In this document: positions 8,871-18,177 of the stretch, in pieces
Layout of the letters: each line of letters opens with the position of its first letter
Numbering within the stretch: position 1 is the stretch's first letter
Virus record (IMG/VR): IMGVR_UViG_3300025467_000526
Span: 64,001 to 120,433 of that record
Strand: one strand, 5' to 3'
Length of the DNA: 56,433 nt
DNA from: a virus
Lineage: Duplodnaviria; Heunggongvirae; Uroviricota; Caudoviricetes
Translations under genes and position numbers: made by a program
The notes under the pieces: model-generated
What the model saw: the letters and a program-made list of their open reading frames with translations, nothing else
Database searches by the model: none
What the model was told of the DNA's origin: nothing

Positions 8871-9347
8871 ATGTCAATGAGTCAGAGCGAAAAGAAAAAA
8901 GAAGATTGGATGAACAGTAAATGGCGTCCAATGATGGGCTGGATGTATATGCTAGTCTGTACTATGGATTTTGTAGGATTTCCAGTCCTATGGAGTTTAT
9001 TACAAGCCATGTCCCATGGGCAAGTTAATAGCCAATGGCAACCATTAACACTTCAAGGCGCCGGTTTATTCCATATCGCAATGGGTGCCATTATTGGTGT
9101 AAGTGCATACGGTCGTACACAGGAAAAATTAAACGGTGCTAACAACGGCGGATTAAGTATGCCAACTAATGTTGGAACAACATATACTCCACCTGCTCCA
9201 ATAACAACTCCTGTGCCAGCAGTAACACCAGTAGCAACTCCTGTAACAGCAGTAACACCAGTAGCAACTCCTGTAACAGCAGTAACACCAGCAGTAAACG
9301 CAAGCGGTAAGAAAGTTATTCCAACATTTTCGCAACCAGCACTATAA
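8871..9347 (+). CDS. Holin-like membrane protein (3TM holin family)
   Basis: KWRPMMGWMY, two hydrophobic helices, GAIIGVSAYGRTQEK; within lysis cassette. Confidence 0.7.
   Translation: MSMSQSEKKKEDWMNSKWRPMMGWMYMLVCTMDFVGFPVLWSLLQAMSHGQVNSQWQPLTLQGAGLFHIAMGAIIGVSAYGRTQEKLNGANNGGLSMPTNVGTTYTPPAPITTPVPAVTPVATPVTAVTPVATPVTAVTPAVNASGKKVIPTFSQPAL
9207..9296 (+). repeat. Three tandem in-frame 30-bp repeats (TPVTAVTPVA)
   Basis: ACTCCTGTAACAGCAGTAACACCAGTAGCA at 9207, 9237, 9267 with few mismatches. Confidence 0.95.
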
Positions 9348-9358
9348 GGAAAAATAAA

Positions 9359-9535
9359 ATGAAAAAAATATTAGCATTAGTAATTTCGGCATGTGTACTA
9401 GCTAGTACTCCTGCATTTGCAGAAACTAAAAAGCCAGCACCAAAAAAAGAAGTTAAACATCATAAAAAGGCAGAAGGTACAGAAATCGCAGGTACCAAAC
9501 CCGATACAGTAGTTCAAAAGAAAAAGAAAAAGTAA
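9359..9535 (+). CDS. Small secreted Lys-rich protein (58 aa; not in ORF track)
   Basis: SD AAGGA; MKKILALVISACVLASTPAFA-ETKKPAPKKEVKHHKKAEGTEIAGTKPDTVVQKKKKK; AFA signal-peptidase site. Confidence 0.8.
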   Translation: MKKILALVISACVLASTPAFAETKKPAPKKEVKHHKKAEGTEIAGTKPDTVVQKKKKK

Positions 9536-9544
9536 TTCAAATCT

Positions 9545-9573
9545 TTGACAGGCTCCGTTTAAGATAGTATAAT
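9545..9573 (+). promoter_or_regulatory. Consensus sigma70 promoter of dnaJ-def-clpA
   Basis: TTGACA-17 nt-TATAAT. Confidence 0.9.
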
Positions 9574-9599
9574 TACTATTATTAATTGGAGCCTTTTTT
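9550..9599 (+). terminator. Terminator-like hairpin enclosing the -10 box
   Basis: AGGCTCC (9550-9556) / GGAGCCT (9588-9594) plus T-run; inner ATAGT/ACTAT. Confidence 0.5.
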
Positions 9600-9605
9600 A
9601 CGACC

Positions 9606-10484
9606 ATGACTGATTATTACCAAACATTAGGTGTTAGCGAAACAGCTAGCCCAGAAGAAATTAAAAAAGCATACCGAAGCTTGGCTAATAAACATCATCC
9701 AGACAAGGGTGGAGATCAAGCCAAATTCAAAGATATCAGCGTTGCTTATGATACATTAAGTGATGCTCAAAAGAAAGCCGAATACGACCACCAACGACAG
9801 TTTGGAAACGGACAACAATTCCATTTTCATACAGGCAATCCGTTTGGAGGACAACCTGGGTTCGATCCGTTTGGTGGTATATTTGGTCAACAATTTCCGC
9901 AAGGTCACCCATTTGGGGATATTTTTGGACACATGCGCCGTGGACAACCTCAGCGTAATAGAGATTTAAACATTCAATGTACAATTAGTTTTTTAGATAG
10001 TTATACAGGCAAACAACTTGAAGCCAGCTATCAATTACCTAGCGGTAAGAAACAAAACGTAGTTATTAGTGTACCAGCAGGCGTTAATAATGGAGACACT
10101 ATTCGATATCAAGGGCTGGGCGATGACAGTATGCCTGGACCACGCGGTAATCTTAATGTTACAATTTTAGTTCAAGCAGAACCCGGTTATGAACGTAGAG
10201 GGGATGATATATTCCATGCTGTGGATATTACTCCCATCGAAGCAATGATCGGTTGCAGAAAACATGTAAAAAATTTATCAGGCACTGTATTAGATTTAGA
10301 TATCAGAGCTGGTATAGAACATGGTGCAGAATTTGCTAGTAACGGGCACGGGTTTCCAAATGTAAATAATGGATACAAAGGAAGATTTGTTACAGTAATC
10401 AAAATTAAACCAACTCCTGTAACCGACTCCGGAATTATTCAACAATTAAAAGATATCGATGCTAAAATTAATCAAAGAAACTGA
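9606..10484 (+). CDS. dnaJ: DnaJ/CbpA-type co-chaperone (no zinc finger)
   Basis: J domain with HPD, G/F-rich linker, C-terminal substrate-binding domain (GNLNVTI, RRGDDI). Confidence 0.92.
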   Translation: MTDYYQTLGVSETASPEEIKKAYRSLANKHHPDKGGDQAKFKDISVAYDTLSDAQKKAEYDHQRQFGNGQQFHFHTGNPFGGQPGFDPFGGIFGQQFPQGHPFGDIFGHMRRGQPQRNRDLNIQCTISFLDSYTGKQLEASYQLPSGKKQNVVISVPAGVNNGDTIRYQGLGDDSMPGPRGNLNVTILVQAEPGYERRGDDIFHAVDITPIEAMIGCRKHVKNLSGTVLDLDIRAGIEHGAEFASNGHGFPNVNNGYKGRFVTVIKIKPTPVTDSGIIQQLKDIDAKINQRN

Positions 10485-10965
10485 TCCCATATTAAAACAA
10501 CGTGCTGAAGATTGGGACTTTGGGTTAGATTCTAACGCAGATCAACTTGAAGATGAAATGATTGACATAATGATTGCCAACAATGGAATTGGGTTGGCGG
10601 CAAACCAAGTTGGCTTACTCAAGCGAGTATTTGTTATTAAGTTAGATAACGGTCGTAGGCTAGGAATGTTTAATCCAAGATTAATCAAATCTAGCGAAGA
10701 AATACAAATAGCTGAAGAAGGTTGTTTAAGTTTTCCAGATTTATTTCTAGATATTCCCCGTCCTCAACAAATCGACGTTGCATTTCTTGACAAAAATGCA
10801 CAAGAGTGTACAATGACATTATCAGGCATTACTGCTAGATGTTTCCTCCATGAATTGGATCATTTAAACGGTATATGTTTCACTGATAACATTAGTGTAT
10901 TGAAATTAGCAATGGCTCGTAAACGACAAAACAAGATAAGGAACAGTAATGGTCGAACCAAGTGA
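10459..10965 (+). CDS. def: Peptide deformylase
   Basis: GIGLAANQVG, EEGCLSFP, HELDHLNG. Confidence 0.96.
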   Translation: MLKLIKETDPILKQRAEDWDFGLDSNADQLEDEMIDIMIANNGIGLAANQVGLLKRVFVIKLDNGRRLGMFNPRLIKSSEEIQIAEEGCLSFPDLFLDIPRPQQIDVAFLDKNAQECTMTLSGITARCFLHELDHLNGICFTDNISVLKLAMARKRQNKIRNSNGRTK

Positions 10966-13228
10966 TAACCTACAAGCAGTTTTTGAAAAAGCAATTGATA
11001 CTGCTAAGAAACTACATCACGAATATCTAACAATAGAACATTTATTGTTTGCGATGTTATCCGATGAAGGGTTTACTACTACGATAACAGGGTTTGGTAG
11101 TAATCCTGATGCCCTTAAAATTAATTTAGAAGATTATTTGAATAATAAATGCAAAGAAATCGTACTGAATGAAGTAGTAATTAAACCTAAAAAGACTCAG
11201 AGTGTTGAACGTGTACTTAATCGTGCGTTCACTCAGGTATTATTTAATGGGCGTCAAAAAATTGAACCAACTGATGTGTTCCTTGCTATGATAGGCGAAA
11301 AACGTAGTTGGGCGTATTTTTATATTCATCAAGCTGGTATAGATAAAGATAAATTTGCAGAGTATCTTACAAATACTTCCGAAGAAGAATTTGAAGAATC
11401 TGGTCCACAAGAAGGTACAAGTAGAGCACTAGCGGCATTTACAACTAATTTAAATGAAGAAGTTACTAAGAAAAAGATTGATCCAGTAATTGGTCGTATC
11501 GATGAACTAGAAAACATTGCCCTGGCTTTAGGTCGTCGTAGTAAAAATAACGTAATCCTTGTAGGAGATCCAGGTGTTGGCAAAACTGCTATAGCAGAGG
11601 GGCTTGCCTATAATATCGTAAATGGTGCGGTCCCTGAGTTCTTAAAAGAATACAAGGTTTATAGTTTAGATATTTCAGCTATGCTAGCTGGTAGTAAGTA
11701 TCGTGGCGACTTTGAAGAACGTTTTAAACAAGTACTCAAAGGCCTAGCAAAGAAAGGCAAGACTGTGCTGTTTATCGATGAAGCACACATGATTAGCGGT
11801 GCTGGAAGTGCTAGCAATAGTGCCAACGATCTTGCCAATATGATGAAACCTGCTCTAAGCAAAGGCAACATCAAGGTTATAGCATCAACTACGTGGGAAG
11901 AATATCGTAAACACTTTGAAAAGGATCGTGCATTAATGCGTCGTTTCCAACGCATTACAGTTGATGAACCTACTCAAGAAGTTACACTACAAATTCTTAA
12001 AGGTATTAAGAAGTATTATGAACAATTCCATAATACAAAGATCAAAGACGATGCACTTAATGCCGCTATTAAACTGTCGGTTAAATATCAAACAGACAAA
12101 AAATTACCAGATAAGGCAATCGATTTGATTGACTTGGCATGTAGTCGTTTTAATTTAAAATTAGTTGAAGATCGTATTATTTCTGAACGCGAAATTCAAT
12201 TTGAATTAAGTAAATTGGTTAATATGCCTGAAGAAAAGATTATGGAAACAGAGTCTAGCAATATTGCTAGTTTGCAAACTAATCTTGAAAAAGAAGTGTA
12301 TGGACAAGACATGGCTCTTACAGAAATTGTTGACAAGATTATTGTTGCACAAGCTGGTCTTAAGACAGAAAACAAACCAGTTGGTAGCTTTGTATTCATG
12401 GGTCCTACAGGAACAGGTAAAACTGAAACTGCTAAATCGCTTGCTAAACACTTGGGTGTTAAACTATTGCGTTTTGATATGAGTGAATATCAAGAGAAAC
12501 ACAGTATTAGTAAGTTAATTGGTAGCCCACCAGGATATGTTGGCTTTGAAGAAGATGCTGGACAGTTGATTACACAAATTCAAGAAGCACCTAACGCTGT
12601 TCTGTTGCTAGACGAAGTTGAAAAGGCTCATCCAGATGTGATGACTGTACTGTTGCAACTAATGGACAATGGCTTTATTACCGGATCTAATGGTAAGAAA
12701 GCAGATTGCCGTAACATTATCCTTATTCTTACTACTAATGCTGGCGCAAATTCTGCAGAAAAGAACGCAATTGGGTTTGGTAAACAAGAAAAAGACTATA
12801 GTGATGCAGACTTGAAGAAGTTCCTGACTCCAGAGTTCCGTAATCGTTTGGACGGTGTTGTTACATTCAATAAACTCGGTAAAGATACTATGGTTAAGAT
12901 TGTTAACAAGTTTATTGACGAACTTAAAGAACAGGTTAAAGATAAAGCAGTACGTATTAAAATCAACAAAGAAGCAATTGAATGGTTGATTACTAAAGGA
13001 TTTGATCCTAAGATGGGTGCTCGTCCAGTACAACGAGTAATCGATAAAGAGATCAAACGCAATCTTGCTAAGATGATGTTGTTTGGAGAATTGAAGAATG
13101 GTGGCTGGGCTACTATTACACTCGATAATGATCAATTAGCGATTGTTGCTAAAGCAAAAGAATCTAAAGTACCCTTGCTAACTGTAGACTCTACTACTCC
13201 TTTAGTTGAAATACCAGATGCTGTATAA
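10949..13228 (+). CDS. clpA: ClpA-like Hsp100 AAA+ unfoldase
   Basis: Clp N-domain, two AAA modules (GDPGVGKT, GPTGTGKT), KYRGDFEER, GSPPGYVG, IGF ClpP-docking loop, no ClpB M-domain. Confidence 0.92.
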   Translation: MVEPSDNLQAVFEKAIDTAKKLHHEYLTIEHLLFAMLSDEGFTTTITGFGSNPDALKINLEDYLNNKCKEIVLNEVVIKPKKTQSVERVLNRAFTQVLFNGRQKIEPTDVFLAMIGEKRSWAYFYIHQAGIDKDKFAEYLTNTSEEEFEESGPQEGTSRALAAFTTNLNEEVTKKKIDPVIGRIDELENIALALGRRSKNNVILVGDPGVGKTAIAEGLAYNIVNGAVPEFLKEYKVYSLDISAMLAGSKYRGDFEERFKQVLKGLAKKGKTVLFIDEAHMISGAGSASNSANDLANMMKPALSKGNIKVIASTTWEEYRKHFEKDRALMRRFQRITVDEPTQEVTLQILKGIKKYYEQFHNTKIKDDALNAAIKLSVKYQTDKKLPDKAIDLIDLACSRFNLKLVEDRIISEREIQFELSKLVNMPEEKIMETESSNIASLQTNLEKEVYGQDMALTEIVDKIIVAQAGLKTENKPVGSFVFMGPTGTGKTETAKSLAKHLGVKLLRFDMSEYQEKHSISKLIGSPPGYVGFEEDAGQLITQIQEAPNAVLLLDEVEKAHPDVMTVLLQLMDNGFITGSNGKKADCRNIILILTTNAGANSAEKNAIGFGKQEKDYSDADLKKFLTPEFRNRLDGVVTFNKLGKDTMVKIVNKFIDELKEQVKDKAVRIKINKEAIEWLITKGFDPKMGARPVQRVIDKEIKRNLAKMMLFGELKNGGWATITLDNDQLAIVAKAKESKVPLLTVDSTTPLVEIPDAV

Positions 13229-13805
13229 AATCACTACAAAATTATTTAGAGGAAAATACCAGTACAAAATTGTACTGGTATGCAGTGTTTCTGCATGGTT
13301 CCGTTCGGGGGACATGCCTGAAACTATACAGCGAATTAAAGAATTAGACTCACCCAAACGTCAAGATGCTAAAGAATACGGTCTTAAGATAGCTTTAGAA
13401 CTTCTAAACCATCAAGATGTTGACGTTCGTGTAGAAAGTCCTTGGATTAGTGTATATACTAATGATAAAAAACTAATAGATCGTCTAGCTAAGATTGATA
13501 AAAATAATGTTAAGTACATTAGCGAACCAGCTGGTTCCCTAGAAGAAAATACTATTTTAATGCCCAAGATGAATTTTGATTATCGTATTACCCTGGGTAA
13601 AACTACTCAAGAACACAGTTCATTTATTGCATGGGCGGAATCTAACCCTAAATTAAAACTAACCCCAAGTTGCAAAAAGGATCTATTAAAGGAACGCACT
13701 TGGGGAGGCAAGCATTTTTATCTCACCGGAGATAACAATTTGCTATTGGCTAAGATGCATTTAGGTGGTAGTATAGCTAAAATCGAACGCATTGTTAAAA
13801 AATAA
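13218..13805 (+). CDS. Hypothetical protein
   Basis: Long ORF overlapping clpA end; likely start ATG 13218. Confidence 0.75.
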   Translation: MLYKITTKLFRGKYQYKIVLVCSVSAWFRSGDMPETIQRIKELDSPKRQDAKEYGLKIALELLNHQDVDVRVESPWISVYTNDKKLIDRLAKIDKNNVKYISEPAGSLEENTILMPKMNFDYRITLGKTTQEHSSFIAWAESNPKLKLTPSCKKDLLKERTWGGKHFYLTGDNNLLLAKMHLGGSIAKIERIVKK

Positions 13806-13822
13806 ACTCGTTACAAAAGCGA

Positions 13823-13828
13823 TAAATA
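13823..13828 (+). promoter_or_regulatory. Putative late promoter of head-protein cluster
   Basis: GATAAATACT. Confidence 0.55.
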
Positions 13829-13874
13829 CTCTAACCGCAGAGATTTCTGCTGATTTATTAAAACGGGCTTAAAA

Positions 13875-14249
13875 ATGCGTATACGTGAACTATTTGAAGG
13901 TAATTTTTTTAAAGATGCCGATTATGTACAAGCTAAAGAAGGTGGCGAGCGTGAAATTAACTACGATTTAGTTGATGATATAGCACACTTTATGGAACAA
14001 GACGATCACTGCTATCGTCGATTCTTTCATCCTGCATTGGATCGATTCCTTCATGTCAGAGAAAATAAAAAAGATCCTAAGCCTGAAATCTTTAAAGAAG
14101 CTGTCAAAGAATGTTATAAAATATACGTTCAAAAATTTCCCATCCGTGAACTACCAGATGAATTAGATGAAGATACACTAGGTCAAGTTTGTGAAAAATT
14201 GTATGATGAACACAGTACACATCATGCTGATGGCAAATACAAGGATTAA
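13875..14249 (+). CDS. Putative head-internal protein (MRIRELFEG N-terminus)
   Basis: Shared N-terminal motif with neighbours. Confidence 0.6.
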   Translation: MRIRELFEGNFFKDADYVQAKEGGEREINYDLVDDIAHFMEQDDHCYRRFFHPALDRFLHVRENKKDPKPEIFKEAVKECYKIYVQKFPIRELPDELDEDTLGQVCEKLYDEHSTHHADGKYKD

Positions 14250-14251
14250 TA

Positions 14252-17200
14252 GTGTTTCTTAGAGAATTATTTTATCGTAACCACTCTGCTTTAAACGAAG
14301 GCGGAAACCTTAGCATTGGCGATGCAGACAGTGGTGAACCAGTACACTATGCAGACAAGATAGATTTAGCAGTACATAATCGTACGTACATGGTTGGACT
14401 TTTAAATAAGTTATTGCATGACATTAATCTAGCATTTCATAAACAAACTAGAAAAAATTTATGGGAACCTAACCTACTAAAGAGCAAAGAATTCCTAAGC
14501 GGTAGTAGTTTGCATTTCTTTAACACTGAAGGTATTAGTGATGAGGAATTTGCCAAACATAAACCACGTGTGGGCGATATCGATACACAATGCAATAGAG
14601 ATTTAGAACCACAAGTTAAAGAATTCTTAACAAAATATACAAACAAACAGATCGGCGACACTACATTGCTAGGATTTGGTAGTGGTAATGAACAGTATAA
14701 CGCATTATTCCAATTTGCAAATCCTCCAATCAAAATACAAATCGATTTTGAATTTGGCGAGTATGAAGGCGGAGTTCCTAACGATTGGTTTAAATTTAGC
14801 CATAGCTCAGAGTGGAACGATGTTTCAAACAATATTAAAGGTGTGTTCCACAAATATTTGTATAGAGCATTAGCAGGTTCAATTAAAGTACATGCACATC
14901 TAAAATCATCGGAAGGTCGAGGCAAAGCCAAAGTAACTACAGTAACTCCCGATCATCTTTCAAAATATTCATTTGGGGTATCAGGTAAACAAGGCGGTGG
15001 TCTAAGTGAACCATACAGTCCAGTAGTGGGAGACAATGACGAGCCGCAAGAATTACCACATCCAGAAAATCCGCAACAACAGTTGCCAGTAATGCAAGTG
15101 GCAAAACCAGAAACTCGTGTATACGATCAGCATCTACATAGTCAATTTAAAAAACTATTTCTACGAAATAATCCTAATGCAGAACCTACTCCAGAAGATT
15201 TAAAATTACAATGGAGTTTCTTAGGTACTGTTGACTTAATAGGCAAATATCTATCTAAACAAGAACAACACGAAACAGTAAAACGTTTCTTTGAAATTTG
15301 TTTCGAACCTGGCAGTCAGATGATCGAGCGTGATGATCCTAAAAGTGATGCCGATATTAAATTTGCCGCTATTGATCAAATGTTAGAAAAATTGAATCTA
15401 ACAAATATGAGATCATTAGCAGTTGACATGGCAAAAGAATACGAGGGAGAATTTTTAGATTTAGAAAAATTTAAAAAGAGCTATCAGCGTACTCCAGACC
15501 AAGCTGGTAAAAAAATACAATACGGTAGACATAGAAAAGATGCTATTGCCGGCGGTACATGGCCAGATTGGCGTAAAAACTCAACCGAACAAATATTTGA
15601 AGCAGAAGTCAAAGCTCAACTTAGAAAAAATATGCCGCATATGAAAGATCTAAAAGCCATAGACTTTTTAGATCTAGTAGATGAATTACACGACAATGGT
15701 AAATTTCAACTAAAAAATATTCCATTAAATGTTAAAATAGATGGATTTGGTGGGCGGTTTGGTAAAGACTCGGAAGGTAAACCTTTCATGGGTACTAGTA
15801 ATACTCCTCCTAGATACGAAGCTGGTTTTTTAAAATATCATCAGGCAAAGGGCACACAGGATCCAGAAATACTAGGTCGTGCTAAAAAATTCGACGATTT
15901 ATTTAATGAAATGATCAAGGCAGTTAAACTAGTCGACGATGCCGCAGGTCCAGAGTTGCTTATGAATAAACAAGTAACTTGTGAAGTTTTATTTTTACCA
16001 TTTGCTACAGAAACTGAAGAAGGCAAATTAAAATTTGTTGGTATCCATTACAATAAATTACCAAGAGGTGTACAGTTAGCCTTAGTTCCATTCCGTGTAG
16101 CAGATGCAACTACTGGAGAAGATGTACCAGATGCGGCGAAGATTATTAAAACTATTACTAGCATTGGACAACAAGGTAGTATTATGTTTATCAGTAACGC
16201 ATTAACACAAAATAAACCGTTAGACGTAACTGAAATTATCAATGTTTTAGATAATATCGACGAACTTAAACGCATCGTTTCAGATACGCATGGTAAACGT
16301 GATCGTGCCAGTGTACAGTTAAGAAAAGAAGTTGAAGAAAAACTAGCACCAGTTAAACTTGAATTAGAAAAAGCTATTATTAATGATCCTAACATTGTTG
16401 GAAAAGATTTGCTAGGTAAAGACTACGAAGGTATTGTCATTAATAGTCGACTGGGTCCTATTAAAATTACTAGTCAAGAACAGCGAGATGTTATTAGTGC
16501 CAAAATGGCGGCTAAGGCAAGTGCAAGAACCGAACGTCCTCGTGAAAATTCTAACAAAACGGCTGTAGTTGCTATCGGTAGCTTTGTAGGCCACATCGGG
16601 CATGAGCAATTATTTGACTATACTATTAAAAAAGCACAACAAGTAGGAGGTGATCCTTATTTGTTTATTGGAAATGCTGAAGGCAAAAACGATCCTATCC
16701 CACCAAATGTTAAAGTTCAAACATGGCATAAAATGTATCCAAATTATGCCGCTAATATTAGTACAGTAACACACGAAGGCGGTACGCTAATTCAAAAAAT
16801 TAAACATGAATTAATTAATCCGTTACCGGGCAAGCCTCCACGATACGATAATATTATTATTATGGTAGGTGAAGATCAAGCAGGGTTGAATATGCCAGCC
16901 GCTTTAATGAAGGCAGTTAATAAGTTTCAAGGGTACGAACATGTAAAAGTTAGTTTAGAAACTACACCTCGTGGAACCGGTATGAGCTTTACTCAGTTGC
17001 GTAATATTCTTAAAGATCCAAAAGCTACTCCGCAACAACAGTTGGCGTTATGGGAAAAAGGGTTTGATGTTAACAAATTAGGCAGAGCATGGATTCAACA
17101 TCTAATGGATTTGACACGTAAGGGTATGGGAATTACAACACCAAAACATACACATCATGTTCAGAAACCTGCTATTCCTGCACCAGAACAAGAACCGCTA

Positions 17201-17653
17201 AATATAAAAGAAGCAAATTATTGGATTAGAAAAATGCGAGCAAACGAATTTATAAAAAAACAGTTGTCCGAAGGCGATATTCCAGCTAACGGTAAGAAAT
17301 TTGACAAAAGCGAAATGGATGCAGTTCGTGGAGCATTGAGTATGCCGGGCATCAGTATTAACAAAGCTAACGGTAATCCTTATTCTGGATATCGTTTTGG
17401 TATTGCTATGGCTGGCGCACACAGTAAAGCCAATCACGAACACCATCAAATAACTCCGCCAGCAGGACCTATGGCTGGGGATCCTTTGTTAACTGTGTTT
17501 GCTGATGAAGAATATGATATCATTAAAAATGCCGCTAAAATGGTAATGGCTGGTCCTATTGTTCAGCTTAGTGACATGCGTAGTCATGAATTACCCACAA
17601 CCAACAAAACAAGTCCTGTGGCTAATAAAAAACGTAACAAGTACGGTGTATAA
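14252..17653 (+). CDS. Multidomain protein: Pol-beta-like nucleotidyltransferase + ATP-dependent ligase-like domain + HIGH nucleotidyltransferase + C-terminal paralog module
   Basis: GS84-85...GD109ID111...D165; VK495IDG, CE578V, E726GIVI, IK738; H781IGH, MVGED, MSFTQLR; GTG start. Confidence 0.75.
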   Translation: MFLRELFYRNHSALNEGGNLSIGDADSGEPVHYADKIDLAVHNRTYMVGLLNKLLHDINLAFHKQTRKNLWEPNLLKSKEFLSGSSLHFFNTEGISDEEFAKHKPRVGDIDTQCNRDLEPQVKEFLTKYTNKQIGDTTLLGFGSGNEQYNALFQFANPPIKIQIDFEFGEYEGGVPNDWFKFSHSSEWNDVSNNIKGVFHKYLYRALAGSIKVHAHLKSSEGRGKAKVTTVTPDHLSKYSFGVSGKQGGGLSEPYSPVVGDNDEPQELPHPENPQQQLPVMQVAKPETRVYDQHLHSQFKKLFLRNNPNAEPTPEDLKLQWSFLGTVDLIGKYLSKQEQHETVKRFFEICFEPGSQMIERDDPKSDADIKFAAIDQMLEKLNLTNMRSLAVDMAKEYEGEFLDLEKFKKSYQRTPDQAGKKIQYGRHRKDAIAGGTWPDWRKNSTEQIFEAEVKAQLRKNMPHMKDLKAIDFLDLVDELHDNGKFQLKNIPLNVKIDGFGGRFGKDSEGKPFMGTSNTPPRYEAGFLKYHQAKGTQDPEILGRAKKFDDLFNEMIKAVKLVDDAAGPELLMNKQVTCEVLFLPFATETEEGKLKFVGIHYNKLPRGVQLALVPFRVADATTGEDVPDAAKIIKTITSIGQQGSIMFISNALTQNKPLDVTEIINVLDNIDELKRIVSDTHGKRDRASVQLRKEVEEKLAPVKLELEKAIINDPNIVGKDLLGKDYEGIVINSRLGPIKITSQEQRDVISAKMAAKASARTERPRENSNKTAVVAIGSFVGHIGHEQLFDYTIKKAQQVGGDPYLFIGNAEGKNDPIPPNVKVQTWHKMYPNYAANISTVTHEGGTLIQKIKHELINPLPGKPPRYDNIIIMVGEDQAGLNMPAALMKAVNKFQGYEHVKVSLETTPRGTGMSFTQLRNILKDPKATPQQQLALWEKGFDVNKLGRAWIQHLMDLTRKGMGITTPKHTHHVQKPAIPAPEQEPLNIKEANYWIRKMRANEFIKKQLSEGDIPANGKKFDKSEMDAVRGALSMPGISINKANGNPYSGYRFGIAMAGAHSKANHEHHQITPPAGPMAGDPLLTVFADEEYDIIKNAAKMVMAGPIVQLSDMRSHELPTTNKTSPVANKKRNKYGV

Positions 17654-18177
17654 TGAGAGCGAAAGAATTCATAGTTGAACAATCTGTAAAACCAACAGAT
17701 TCTCCTGCCAAGGCTTCTAAAAAAGCCAAACAAACCCAGGTTGTCAAACCCTACGTGGCTAAAGATTTTCCTATGAAGAAAAAATTAGGCGATTTTGGTC
17801 TAGATCCACACGAAGCACATAGTCAAAGTCAAAGCAACACCGAATATGGTAGTACTAAAGGAGATGTACCTATAGAGGCCGTAGCGGCTATGCCGGGTGC
17901 ATTTAGTGTTCAAGATATTCCTAGCGATTTCTACAGCATGTATCGTATTGGAGTAGCTATTGCCGGCGGTGAAAGAAACGTGGCTTCAAAAGATAATTTT
18001 GGTAAGCATCCATTCTTTATGCCTTTTTCAGAACAAGAACATGCTAAAATTACCAAAGATATTAAACGTATCGGTCACGACATTGAATTACGAACAACTC
18101 CTGAAAGTTTAGAATTGTCGACTGTAAACCAAAAAAGTCCAGTAGCTAAACGCAAGCCAAACAAATACGGTGTATAA
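17653..18177 (+). CDS. Putative head-internal protein, paralog of the C-terminal module of 14252-17653
   Basis: MRAKEFIVE start; MPG..Y..YR.G.A.AG; ends SPVAKRKPNKYGV. Confidence 0.7.
   Translation: MRAKEFIVEQSVKPTDSPAKASKKAKQTQVVKPYVAKDFPMKKKLGDFGLDPHEAHSQSQSNTEYGSTKGDVPIEAVAAMPGAFSVQDIPSDFYSMYRIGVAIAGGERNVASKDNFGKHPFFMPFSEQEHAKITKDIKRIGHDIELRTTPESLELSTVNQKSPVAKRKPNKYGV

Noticed and set aside
9207-9296. 30-bp repeats as a CRISPR array
   Set aside because: Head-to-tail with no spacers, in frame within the holin tail; no cas genes
9541-9605. CIRCE heat-shock operator before dnaJ
   Set aside because: The inverted repeat is not TTAGCACTC-N9-GAGTGCTAA
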